This document shows, in pieces, positions 26,086-37,633 of a DNA stretch of 64,000 nucleotides. Origin of the DNA: Marsupella aquatica (lineage: Eukaryota > Plantae > Marchantiophyta); the NCBI GenBank assembly GCA_973895155.1, contig OZ316896.1, positions 11,732,830 to 11,796,829 on the forward strand, given 5' to 3'. Position numbers and translations under genes: made by a program. Each line of letters opens with the position of its first letter. Within the stretch, counting starts at the first letter, position 1. Under the pieces are notes generated by a model, which was given only the letters and a program-made list of their open reading frames with translations, was not told the origin of the DNA and ran no database searches.

Positions 26086-26933
26086 CATTGTGCCTCCACA
26101 TGCTTGTGAGCAGGGGAGTCAACTGGCAACCGCATGACACCGGCCTCTGATCGATGTGTCTTATGCCATACCATCAATTCTGCCAAGTCAGAACATCGAT
26201 ACATATGCAACAATCGAGGAATAATGGGAAACCAACGGACAACTTTCCTGGGCACCTTTTCCGTCAACATGTTGTTGTCATATCAAGGCTCATGACAAAT
26301 TGGACACTCAGTTATGTTGGCATTGGTCTCATGATATAGGATGCAGTCATTCACTCAAGCATGAATGATATGATATTCCATACCAATGGATGATAGAACT
26401 CTCTTTGCCTCCTTCCAAGTTCCTGGCAATACATTGTCACTAGGTAACATGAGGTCATGGCAAATTGCAAACAAATACGATAGAAGGGCATTGCTTGCCT
26501 TGTGTTTTGCCTGAAGATTCATCAATGCCAAGATGGCAGAGAGTCTATTCAAACGAGCACCCCCATAAATAGGTGTTCTAGCATGTGCCTCCGCTTCTTC
26601 CCATTGTTGTTGACTTTCTGGTGTATGTTGAGGTCGGGGGTCATGTGCAGCATTTGGTGGAGGAGCTCCTTCATTGGGTGGTCCACGTCCTTCACCATCA
26701 ACGTCCACACGGGCGTCCACACCAAACCAATCTGTCATGAAGTCATCCATGGCTGTCTCCTGGTCCTGCATGACCTCAAAATCTGTCCTAGGTGCCCCTT
26801 CGTCCAAACCCTCATTGTCACTGTCATTGGATGAAGAATCTGTTGATGATGTGACTCCGTCTTGTGGCATGCCCATTTCTTCATATGTAGCTCTCAACCT
26901 CCTTGGCAACATATCTTGGCTAGGTCGCACATT
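26086..26933 (-). pseudogene. CACTA transposase exon 2 (N-terminal part)
   Basis: Acceptor tccatag|AAT at 26933. YHIIHA*VNDCILY...ECPICHEP*Y...VPRKVVRWFPIIPRL...MRLPVDSPA; two premature TGA codons. Confidence 0.9.
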
Positions 26934-27129
26934 CTATGGACAATACAATAAAGCATTCACAATCAAACTCCAAATTAAATCCCTCATAAGACAAAAACAA
27001 TATCGACACATATTATTAACATACAAAGTGAAAGAACATCATAGGTTTAGGGTGTAAACCCTAACTTACAAAATATATGTTCACAAAGCATGAAGGAACA
27101 TATAAATCATACATATCCCTAAAATAAGC

Positions 27130-27945
27130 CTAATCCCACTCATAATGTGTAAACAACTCCTCTCCGGCCTTGATGGTCCTAGTAGCTACAACTAGACAAT
27201 GGTCATGATGATATTTGTGCCCATATGGTGCTGGAGGGGGACCATTAACAAAAACCCATTCACAGTTTTTCCTACGCTTAGGCCGGGTCCCCACAGTACT
27301 GTTAATGAAACCGGCTATATTTCCACTACGGATGGGATCACCATCAATTATACGTTGTTCACTATACTTCCTAGTGCAACCATCAAAAGTATCCATGTCC
27401 AATGCATAAGTCTTCCACTCAGGGTGTTGTACAAGGAGCATGTTCCAATGTCTTCGCTTGTAAATGGGTCCACCATATGGGAACAACGTTGGTCCATCTT
27501 GAGAGCGTCCTTTTCCACCCATATCATCCACAATGATGTCCTGACAAGAAAAAATTCCATACCCATGTCTCTCCCCTAGTGTAGAACTTTTGACAATCCA
27601 ATGTCTTCCCCAAACCTCTATTTCCTCACCATAGGTTATATCACATGGCAAACCAAGGCAATCAGGATTCCAATCCTTTATGATAGGAACACATTTCCCT
27701 GTGAATGTACAAGGTCCCCACCTACCATCAACCCTATAGGTGTACTGATCAACTTCCCCTCTAGGTTGCCTTTTAGACCGTTTTTTCCCTCTTGTAACAA
27801 TACCATCACCTTGAACTGTCCCAACACCACTTCGCTCTGCTGCAACTAAACGGAAAGCTTGTGAAAGGGCCGAGCCTATAGCATCTAGAACTCCTTGTGA
27901 GGGAACATAGGGTGCTGGTGCCGTGGGTGTAGGCCTATTAGATAC
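27130..27945 (-). CDS. SET-domain (lysine methyltransferase-like) terminal exon inside the CACTA element, open reading frame intact
   Basis: Acceptor ccctatag|GTA at 27945, then 271 open codons. Motifs GYGIFS, YGG, GNIAGFINS, NC, VATRTIKAGEELFTHY. Confidence 0.85.
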   Translation of the reverse strand, partial: VSNRPTPTAPAPYVPSQGVLDAIGSALSQAFRLVAAERSGVGTVQGDGIVTRGKKRSKRQPRGEVDQYTYRVDGRWGPCTFTGKCVPIIKDWNPDCLGLPCDITYGEEIEVWGRHWIVKSSTLGERHGYGIFSCQDIIVDDMGGKGRSQDGPTLFPYGGPIYKRRHWNMLLVQHPEWKTYALDMDTFDGCTRKYSEQRIIDGDPIRSGNIAGFINSTVGTRPKRRKNCEWVFVNGPPPAPYGHKYHHDHCLVVATRTIKAGEELFTHYEWD

Positions 27946-28002
27946 CTATAGGGAACAAATCCAACAAAGTGATTGTAAACTTCCCCAACTTATCATGCTA
28001 GC

Positions 28003-31000
28003 TGTGATGCCTAGACAGGAATCACTCGACCGGTTAAGTGGGTAAAGCAAGAAGGCACCCTAGGAACACCTTAGTATAGGGACAAAACCAGGAAAATATA
28101 AACAATTAGGGGCAACCATGGAACCCGGGCCGAGGCTGGAGGTAAGGCTGAGGGTGAAAACCCGATTAGGGTTAGGGTGCGTTAAGCGTCGGCGGCTAGG
28201 AAGGATCAACGGGAAGAAGGACCGGCAGAGGAGAGGGGTAAGGAGCGCTTGCAGGAGATGGTGGCTCATTTGCGAGCACGAACTAGGCAGACGACTACGG
28301 GAGGCCAACTACTGTCAGCTGCTTAGGCAAGCACTCGGGGAGAGAGTAGATACCGACGATCGACCTAAGGAGGGTATGAGCAACGTCAATCAAGCGGCAC
28401 ATTTCTGGGGATGCCTGTTCGAACGGGCAACTGAGTACATCAAGACTTACGAGGACGAGGAGTCAGAAAGGGCAGCTCGAGAACGGCAGGAGCTCGCTCG
28501 ATTGTGGGAGCTGCAGAAGACGGCTTTCTTAGGAGGCGAACTCATCAAGGACGAGTTCCTGTGGACGCCTACTTCCAATCAACTCGACGATCTTCTGTTT
28601 TGCAAAGACAGCGTCGTCGGCATCCGAGAGGCCATCAAGAACTGCAATGACATACACTGGGAATTAAAGGGTAGCACGGAAAGGTGGACCCGGGCAACGG
28701 TGCTAGGAGAAACCTCCACGGCAGCAGAGATGAAGAGGAAGGGGGCCGTCAACGATGAAGCCACCCCGGCAAAAAGAACGAGGTCGGCGGCACCAAAGAA
28801 GCCAGCCGAGCAGCAGAGCAAGGGGTAGGGAGAAGCCGAAGAGGAGGAGGTCGATCCCATCAAGGCCATTCCAACCAGGGATGACACCTGGAAGGGCTGG
28901 GCGGCAACCCTACCGGTGGAGGTGCAACTACATTTTGCACGGGAGGAGGATGCATGCTTTACGGCCATGCAGACCAAGAAGTACCAAGGCTTCATGGCCG
29001 GATCCGGCTTGGAGGCCTTTGTAAGATTACCATGGCTGAAGCCGGAGGTACCGGAGTCAGACCTATTAGAATTCGTGGGGTCATGGGAACCCGAGACCAA
29101 TTGCACGAGGATATATGGGAAGGATTTCTATCTTACTCCCAAGGTGATTGCCGAAGTGTTTGGCTTGCCGATAGGCAATAAGACCAAAGTTGATACCAGG
29201 AAGACCTTGCCTGACAAGGAGTTCCGGTCGTTCCCCGGGCCATCAACGAAGAATGGCTTCTTCCGGAACACCTGCACCAACCCGCACATAGGAGAGATGA
29301 TCGACTTCTTGCGGGTGACCATGCATTGTAACTTGCCGAGGGCAGAGATTGGCAAGGCACAGGTCTATCTGGCAGAAAGGCCAGACCCAAGCCGGGACTA
29401 CAACGGGTACCTCCTCAACCAATTGAAGAAGATCTTAAAGGAGGAGCAGCAGGTAATCGGCATGGGGAGCGTGTCGCGGCTTGGCTATCACATGCCGCTG
29501 TTGTGCCGGTATGCCAGAGGTCAGACTTTTGCCCCGGTACTTCCCCTGCAGGTAAGGGCACCCAAGGAAGCTCCAACGCCGAGGCCGTTGGCTGAGAAGC
29601 CTCAACCACCTGTTAGTCCTACGATCGAGCAGGTGTTTAGGCCCAGGAAGGAAGACTTGCCGATGCAGCAACCAGGCATGCAGAGTCTGCTGAAACTACT
29701 GGAGAAAGAAAAGAAATCGGCATCGGCAACAACAACGGCAACGGCAACAATGCAGGACACTACTACAGAGGTAGGCCTACACCGGCTCACAAGAGAAAAC
29801 CCCTTTGCTGGAGACAAGAAGAGAATCAGGCCGGAATCCAAGCCAGGTGTTCGAATGTACGTGGGAACCTCAAGCTCCGAATCTGAGGCAGAATTGCCTG
29901 AAGCTCCTACCGAGGAAGAGGAGAGGGAGAAGCCGGACGTCCAAGAGGTAGAGGAGGCAGTGGAGGACTGCAGCCATGATAATTCCGGCTATGGGTCGGA
30001 CCATCACGTTCCAGGAGTAAGGACCTGTGGCCGGTTTGTCCCCACACTTCCAAGGGTAGTGCGAGGGGACCCCAACCAGCAGAGTAGCCCTGAGTCTCCC
30101 CCACCAGATGTTGCTCCCCCGAGCTTCGACGGCATAAAACAGACGGTGCAGGAATTTCAGGAGCGAATCAAGCAGGAGGAAGAGGCCGCCCTGGCTAAGG
30201 AAAAGGATTTACCAGGAGGAGATTGGCCGGAGGACATCAGGCGGCTAGCCGAAAAAGGAAGCAAACCTCTAGCCACGATTGAAGAGATCCGCAGGACGGC
30301 GTGGGAGCAGAGGCCACGATGGGCGATGCCGATCACTTCTACTTACTCCACCTACGCTAAGAATAGAGCCATGGAGTATGGTGAGATGTGTGGGGAACTT
30401 GCGCTCGGCATCTTTGGAGAGGAGTTGGAGGTAGGACCCTTTTTTCATAGGGAGCAGTTGGAGAAGCACCAATTAGAAGAAGCGGTGGCTTTAGAGAGAA
30501 GCAAGAAGGACGAGGTCATTCGGCGGCTTAGGAGGATGGAAGCCGAGATTGAAGATCTAAGGGCGGCCAAGAAAGCCCAAGATGAACTGCGGATTAAACG
30601 ACATGAGCTGAACATCATGCAGGGGCAGTTGGACGCCGCACAGGCTGATAATCAGAATATCAAGGATAAACTGACTCAGACGCAGGAAGAGTTGGCTGAC
30701 ACGATCAAAGAGAGGGAGAAGTGGAAGCAAGAGCTGAAGAATACAGAGGAGGCCCACATAACAGCCAACAGCCGGGCCATGGCGGAGACCCAAAGAAAGG
30801 AATGGGCGTTGAAAGGGGAGCTCGAGAAAATCCGCGGAGCCCTTGAGCAGAAGGAGGTCGAGTTAGGGAAATCCTATCAAGGGATTATGGCGCTGCAGCA
30901 GGAGCTTGCGTCCCTGACGGCCAGCTTCAAGGCCGACCTAAGGGAGAAGGACGAGATGCTCGAACAGACTTACGCCAAGATGAACCAGATGGAGTCTGTC

Positions 31001-32662
31001 ATCATTGCAGAGCTCGACAAGGAGCTAAGAGCAACCCAGGAGGAGAGGGCTACCTTGAAGAAGGAATTGGAGGAAGCCCACAGGGAGCAGGAGGAGGCCA
31101 AAAACGAGCTGGAGGGGGCACGTAAGGACCTGGATGAAACCCAAGAGGAGTTGGAGGAAATCACGAGGAAGATGGAGAACCTACAGCGGCGGGCCGACAA
31201 CCAAACAGAGCGGCTGAAGAAACAAGCCGCAGTATTTAAATGCTTAGCTGCAGCAGGTCCATCTCCCGTTGGGACAAACCAGTTACCAGGGGTGGTAATT
31301 GCCGAAGGACAAGCCACGTCAACTGCACCAGTGCTGGAAGTAAGTGGGAAGGGGAAGGGACCAGCTGCCGAGCCACCAACGAAGAAGAAGCGGAAACCTT
31401 CAGTGTCAAGGAGTAATACGACTTCACAGGCCGTGGTGATCAAGGAGGTAGACCCAGCACCGACCCCAGACAGGGTCACGGCTAAGGATCCAACTACCCT
31501 AGGGGAAGGGGAGGCCGAAGCCGAGGGAGTGGCTGAAGCCGAAGCCGTGGGAGTGGCTGAGGCCGAAGCCGTGGGTATTGCCGAGGCCGGTGTCGAGGCT
31601 GAAGCCGAAGGTGGACCCAGTCAGGCCGATGGAGAGTTGACTTGGTCAAGGGCAGGTAATCTGTCAGTAGGCGGGCCAACGGCAGTGGCTGAGGAGGAAG
31701 TGTTGGGGGCGTCCATTTTGGATCCACCACCGGTGTCGTGACGGTGCAAGGGCGCCGTTCCTTTTAGGGAGGGCGGACGTGGAGGGAGGAGGCGTGAGTG
31801 GGCAGGGCGGGCGCGGATCTCCACGTTTAGGATTAGGATCAGAACCAGGAGCGGCCCTGACACTTAGCTTAGTGGGATTGCGGTCCCACTGGTAGGAGCA
31901 ACACTTGTGCTCCTGCCTTGCTGTACATAGGTAGATTCGGGCAAGTAGATTACTGTTAAGTAGATTAGGCTTACGATGCAAAGAATGGCGGATCCACTAC
32001 CAGGATAAGTACCTGGGCAGCGGGGAGCTCAGGGCCTCTTCTTTAGCAAGTTTTTAGTTTGCACCAGCCGGGCTGGGATCAAGTAGTACGAGAAGCTCTC
32101 GGTTAGTCATACAGTGACCCTTGTGTATATTCATGTTTCCTCATGCCTAAGAGCTGAATAGAGTTGGCCTCACGGCTTAGTTCGCAGAACTTGTGTATGA
32201 GATGTACTGTTTGTATGGCAAGTGCATGGTATGACTCAGTCAGAATGAGTCATTTTGCTATTTGTGTGTCGCATTAACTTGTGTGAAGAGTGCCCACATC
32301 AACAGAAGGAAGGAAAGTAAGCAGGGGAGTGATAGTTGGATGTGTCGAGCTGAGAGAGGTCTTAGCGGCTTAACCAAGCCTATTGGGGATCATTCCGGCG
32401 GCGGAATCCAAACATACCTAACAAGACGGAGGGGAAGACAGGGGAAGACAAGGGAAGGCCTATATTAGGCCGGCTACGTATCTCATGACCCGATGAAGGA
32501 TCTGTCCAGTATATGTGTGTAAAATGTTAATAGTAGTAGTAGAAGGTTAGCAGCGTCCCATGCCGCTAAGCCGCGGAAACGGCCTCGCCAAGCACGAAAC
32601 CTGCGGGAATCGGCTTGAGCTGGGGGGTTTCTTGGGTTTAGGGAGCCATGGGACGCACCACA
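28003..32662 (+). mobile_element. 4.7-kb solo-LTR-like insertion with long internal ORF, in CACTA intron
   Basis: Starts TGTGATGC and ends GCACCACA. 5-bp TSD CTAGC at 27998-28002 and 32663-32667. No gag/pol. Confidence 0.88.
28118..31741 (+). pseudogene. Retroelement accessory protein ~1200 aa (plant mobile domain/Transposase_32-like plus long coiled coil), one in-frame TAG at 28826
   Basis: ORFs 28118 and 28916 share a frame. GLEAFVRLPW...EFVGSWE...RIYGKDFYLTPKVIAEVFGLPIG aligns with the 3222-5339 protein. Long E/K/Q heptad region. Confidence 0.72.
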
Positions 32663-32713
32663 CTAGCAATATTTATTGAATAAAAAATAAACCATAGTAA
32701 GTTTACAACTCAC

Positions 32714-32947
32714 CGTATGGGATGAAGAGGCTCCGAGTGTAAGACCTCGATGTTGTCCATATCGAGAAATATGGTCTGCACATACATATGACTTCTGGAC
32801 AACCATCCCCACACATTTTTTACAACTGCAAAGTTGGCGTGGTGGACCACTAGGTCGACGAGCGGCTGTTTCAGGCTGAGGAGGAGGATCTATGTCCTCA
32901 TCAGAGGAGGAGTATGATGTGGTGGAAGTTGTAGAGGATGAAGACAT
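32714..32947 (-). CDS. CACTA first coding exon (transposase-associated Cys/His motif), shared by transposase and SET isoforms
   Basis: MSSSSTT...LCSCKKC...CADHISRYG...SHT|gtgagt, with a phase-0 donor at 32713. Confidence 0.72.
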
Positions 32948-33384
32948 CTGGCAAGTGCAAGATTTGGAATAGCGAGTTAGTAAACAAATAGCTAAAACGA
33001 TCATTTGTAATCCCTAAGTAGACATATTAAACTGAAATGAAAGGAAACAATACCTTTATGAGACCCGGGCTCAGCAATGCCTATAGGTCTTTTGGTCCAA
33101 ACTTGATGAACCCAATCTGGAAGTAGAAGGGAGAAATCTGCAAATATACAATGAATTGAGCAATGACTTATGGTAAACTATAGAAAGGGATGATAGACCC
33201 TCAAGTTACAGTACAAATAAAAATGCCAGGAAAACAAGCTTTACCTTTCAGATGCCCGAGCTCTCGCAATGCATATGCATTAGCCAAAACTCTCAAAACG
33301 ATGGGGAAGTGCCCTGTAACTCCTAGAGTGTTCCACCCCTTCATGTTAATGAAATAAAGAAAGCACACCCTCAATTAGAAAAAA

Positions 33385-34310
33385 AACCTACCCTAAACAT
33401 GAACATATAAAACCCTTACCCAAAGCCCTAGCTAACCAAAACCCCTACGCTAAAAACCCAACTGCTACATTCAAACCCTAACCCAAATCCCTCAGCTAAA
33501 ACCTAACTCAAACCCCATCTGAAACCATAACCCAAACTCCCTCATTACCTATGAAGCCTTTACCCTAAACCCTAACCCAAATCCCTAAATTAAAAATTAA
33601 ACACAAGCCTGAATTATAATTGAACCCATCGATCCCCTATATTCAATACCTAACCCAAACCCCTCAGCTAAAACCTTACTCAAACCCCTACCTTAAACCC
33701 TAACTCAAACTCCATCCTAAGTTACCTATCCATATTCCCTCATTACGTATCAAACCCTTACCCAAAAATCCTAACCCAAACCCCACAATTAAAAATGAAA
33801 CACAACTTAGAATTAAAATGGAACCCAACCCCTATACTTAAAACCTAACCCAAACCCCTAAACTTAAACCAAAATCAAGCCCCTACCCTGAACCTAACCC
33901 AAACCCCTAAACTTAAACCAAAATCAAGCCCCTACCCTAAACCTAACCCAAACCCCTAAACTTAAACCAAAATCAAGCCCCTACCCTAAACCCTAACCCA
34001 AACTTCTCAATTACAACCTTACCCAAACCCCTACCTTAGACCCTAACTTAAAGCCCTCTATTAAGACCATGTCCCTAGACTGAAATATGTATAGAGCAAA
34101 AAATATGAAATCAGTGAAAAGTCAAACCCAACCCTTACATTAAAACCTAAACCCAAATTAACCCCTTCAATTGAAACACAACCCTCCCTAAACTAAACCC
34201 TTTCTAAATCCAAACCCCAAATTAAAACTCAAACCCTTTGTTAAATTAGAACCCAATTAAGATTCAAAAACAAAAACACAAAGCCCAACTACAACCTAAA
34301 ATCCTCTTCT
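33385..34310. repeat. Degenerate telomere-like (AAACCCT) tract including a ~46-bp tandem unit x3
   Basis: Numerous aaaccct/aacccaaacccc motifs; aacctaacccaaacccctaaacttaaaccaaaatcaagcccctaccct repeated at ~33842-33990. Confidence 0.85.
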
Positions 34311-34769
34311 TCAAACTAATTGGCCATTCACAAATCCATGTTGAGTTAAAAGGGTTTAAATAGGCCATACCCTTGTAAAGCCGTTTAAACACCTGGGATA
34401 GTTTCCCACCCTAAACCGAGATCACCTGCCTCGCAAATTGCTTCACAAATTAGAGATGCATTTTGCGAACCTCCCGGGTTCGCAACATCTTCGCAAATAC
34501 AGAGGCCGAGAACAATTTTTGGGCGTTTCTGCGGGTTGCGATGGATTAGCGAGGGTATGTTCTTCACAAAAGTATTGCAAGTTGCGAGACCGTTTGCGAA
34601 GGTAATAGGATGGCAGTTTGTGATGCGAATGTGATCGCAAAGAGGTTTTTTTGAAATGCGTAAGTGTCGGCGGGAGCTCGCATCAAGCTCATTCCTTGTT
34701 TGATCGGGAGAGCGAGAGGAGAAGGGGCCGCGGGGAGAAGATCGAGAGAGACCTGAGAGGGATTGAGCT

Positions 34770-36825
34770 ATGGCTACCGGTGGGAGTGGAGAGCACGGTG
34801 GGAGTGGAGGACATGGTGCTGGTGGTAGTGGCAATGGGGCAAATCAGGAGAAGCAACAGAATGCATGGAGCGACTTAGTAGCCCAACATCTCAGTGCTGC
34901 ACAGTTGGGTGAAGTAAATTTGAATACACCAGTAGGGCTTGCCTCCTTGAGTGCCATTTTAGGCCAGGTTTTGCAAACAGGAATTGTGGCAGGGCAAGCT
35001 ACTAGAGACGAGGAAGAGAGGGTCGCAGCTGAGGAGAAGGCTAGAGAGAAAAGAAGGAAGAGGGAGGAGAGGGCTAAGTCGGGAGTTGCCTCTCCTCAAG
35101 CCATAGAAAAACAGAAGAGAAGAGAGGAGAGGGATGCAATTCGAAAACAACGAGATGAGCAACGTCAGAAAGAGGATGCAAGGAAAAAGCTTCCATTCAT
35201 TGCCTTGGAGACAACTGGGACTCCAACTGAGCTAGCCTATGCAGGGGCTAAGAGCACCATCAAACAGATCATCACAAGCAATTTCTCACGAGGCATGCAA
35301 TGGGGAAAGGTTGAGAAGGCAGAGCGAAAGAGAGTGATGAATCAGATCAAGGATGCATTTCGTAATGGAGCTGACATAGATGAGCAATGGCTGGCAGACA
35401 AGATTTCTAATTCCATGTCTCAATTGAGATACCATGATAGGATGAAGATTAGAGCCCACCTGAGAGACTTGAGATCGTACAGGAATTTGCGCAGACCCCT
35501 CCAATTCACTGAGGACATCTGGAATGCATTTTACAAGATTGAGGTGCAAATCAAAGCAGCTCGCGAGTTGGAACAATGGAAGGATACACTAGCTCGATCC
35601 CTGAAAGCAAAGGAGACCGGGAAGCTCCCCCTTGACCATGACCTGAAGGGACTCGAGCAGAAGGTAGCTGATGTGCAAAAGGTGGTCGACGAAGAAGGAA
35701 GACCACCCAAACGTTTCATGGATGCAGCCAAGCGAGTGAAAGCCACCCCCAATCCAGTCCACAAGTTGGGTCAAGGCGGGCTCCCCGGTCTCAAGGCCCA
35801 CTTTGTGAGTGTCTCCTCTCCTCCCTAAGCTATTTCCTCCTTACTTTCTCAGTTGAGGTAATGCAAGTGAATGGAATGTCATGAATGTCCATGCTCTCAT
35901 GTTCTTGCTTGTGCATTGTTTTAGGTCACGATTGACACTTAGAAATTTGCGCATTTTTAAAAACCTCTCGGGATCACAGTTTGCGATCCCATTGCGATGC
36001 GTATTCGTTCGCAAGAGCCTCGCAAACTCTATTATGCACTTTTTTCTTTTTGGATTTTCTGATGCTGTTGCGAAGGTACGCGCATCGCAAAAGCCATCGC
36101 AATGCCTTCGCAAAAATTAGGGCTTCGCATTTTGTGAACGCATTAGCTTCGCAAATGTGAATTTGAGTTGTTTTCAAAGTAGTTTAACTTTTCTAGGCCT
36201 AAGGCCTCTCGCATTGTGAATTTTGGTTTAGCCTATGGGTTTACTTTTTGGTTTTATGGTGCATGGCAGTACCGGAAATATAAGAGGAAGATATCCAAGA
36301 AACATATTGAGATAGGGATGGAGCATGGGAGAAAGTACCTCTTTCAGATGGTGGATGTCGAGTTGGGTACTGTAAGTATCTAGGTGTTCAAGGTTTAATT
36401 AATTGTGATGTCAACATTGTGGATGACCCTTTTTAATTTGTAGAAACTGATTAAGTGTACTGATGCAGGATTCGGATGAGCCTGAGGGGTCGGGTGCTGA
36501 CGCAAGTAGTAGTGATGATGAGGATGAGGGGGCTACTCCTCTTACCAGCGGTTCTAGGGAGAGGGGCAGTAGCCGGGAGGTAGGTTCATCCCATCACGGT
36601 AGTGGTAGTAGTCGTGCATCATCAAGACAGGTTGATGATGAAGGGGAGCAGGAGGGAGGTGCCAAGGAGGAGGATGGGCAGGAGGAGGAGGAGGAGGAGC
36701 AGGAGGAGCAGCAGCGCCGAAAGGCACCGCGCACCCGTTAGCACCAGGCTGTACATCCACAGAAGGATAAGGGCAAGAAGCCGGCAAAGAAGCCGACAAA
36801 GCGGGGTCGGAAGAGTCCATTTTAG
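34770..36825 (+). CDS. TnpA-like second CACTA gene (exons 34770-35804, 36270-36371, 36469-36741/36825), divergent from transposase
   Basis: 352-aa ORF with a charged helical region, WGKV...WL...W and HKLGQGG (resembles the Transposase_24 H..G motif). Both GT-AG introns are phase 0. Acidic tail. The TAG at 36739 may be premature, as the frame stays open to 36825. Confidence 0.65.
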
Positions 36826-37069
36826 TTAGCTTGTAGAATCTCATGACCGGGCTCATGAGATACATGTCACTGACTAGCCATGTTGGAGCTTAGCTAGGAT
36901 AGCATATGTTGAGTAGGGTGACTTGGCGGACATCAGATATGCCACCCCTCTTGTGTATTGGGTTCCTAAATTCAAGCCCTAACATTTTGGTATATCCACC
37001 TATATACTTGCATGGATCTTATAAAAAACATTTGCCTTCCACATTGGGTCCACTGCCAAGAGAAATCCC

Positions 37070-37633
37070 TCGCAAAACATTGATTGAAAGTCGTGTTCCC
37101 ATGAAAGTGTGAACCCATTGCGAACTTGGATAACTAGGAAATACTAAAATGACTCGGATCGCTATTATAGAACCAAGTAACATCACAAGTTGCGAAGTCA
37201 AATGGTTCCCAACTTCTGGCCTAAACCAACTCACAAGTTCCGATCAAATTTAGATCGGAAGTACCCATCAAATTTATTTCGCATAAGAGTGATCTTATAA
37301 GGCTCGCTAGTTGCCAACCCCACGACATCGCAAATATCAAACTCATTCCCATCACAAACATGTAGCGAACCTTCCAGCTTCACAAAAACCAACGTCGGTA
37401 ACAAAGGACCGTGCGGCATAATGCGAAGCGTTTGCGACGATTTTGAACTCGGAAGTGTTCGACAAGTTGCGAGGGAATTTGGTTAGGAAATTGTGATGGT
37501 GTTGCGATGGCGTTGCGATGGTCCACATGCGAAGGTTTTAACTTCGCAATTTGGGATGGTGTAGCGATGCGTGTTAGTTCGCAAGTGCCAGAATTCTGTT
37601 TATCGGGCCTTTGTTGATTGCGATGTGTATGGG
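37070..37633. repeat. Right subterminal repeat region (TCGCA/TGCGA motifs)
   Basis: Dense tcgca/tgcga/ttgcga motifs adjoining the right TIR. Confidence 0.7.

Noticed and set aside
28820-28835. Programmed stop-codon readthrough
   Set aside because: Context is not a recognised readthrough signal, and similar isolated stops occur throughout; mutation is simpler.
33385-34310. True telomere or interstitial chromosome-fusion scar
   Set aside because: Highly degenerate and embedded within a transposon between its genes.
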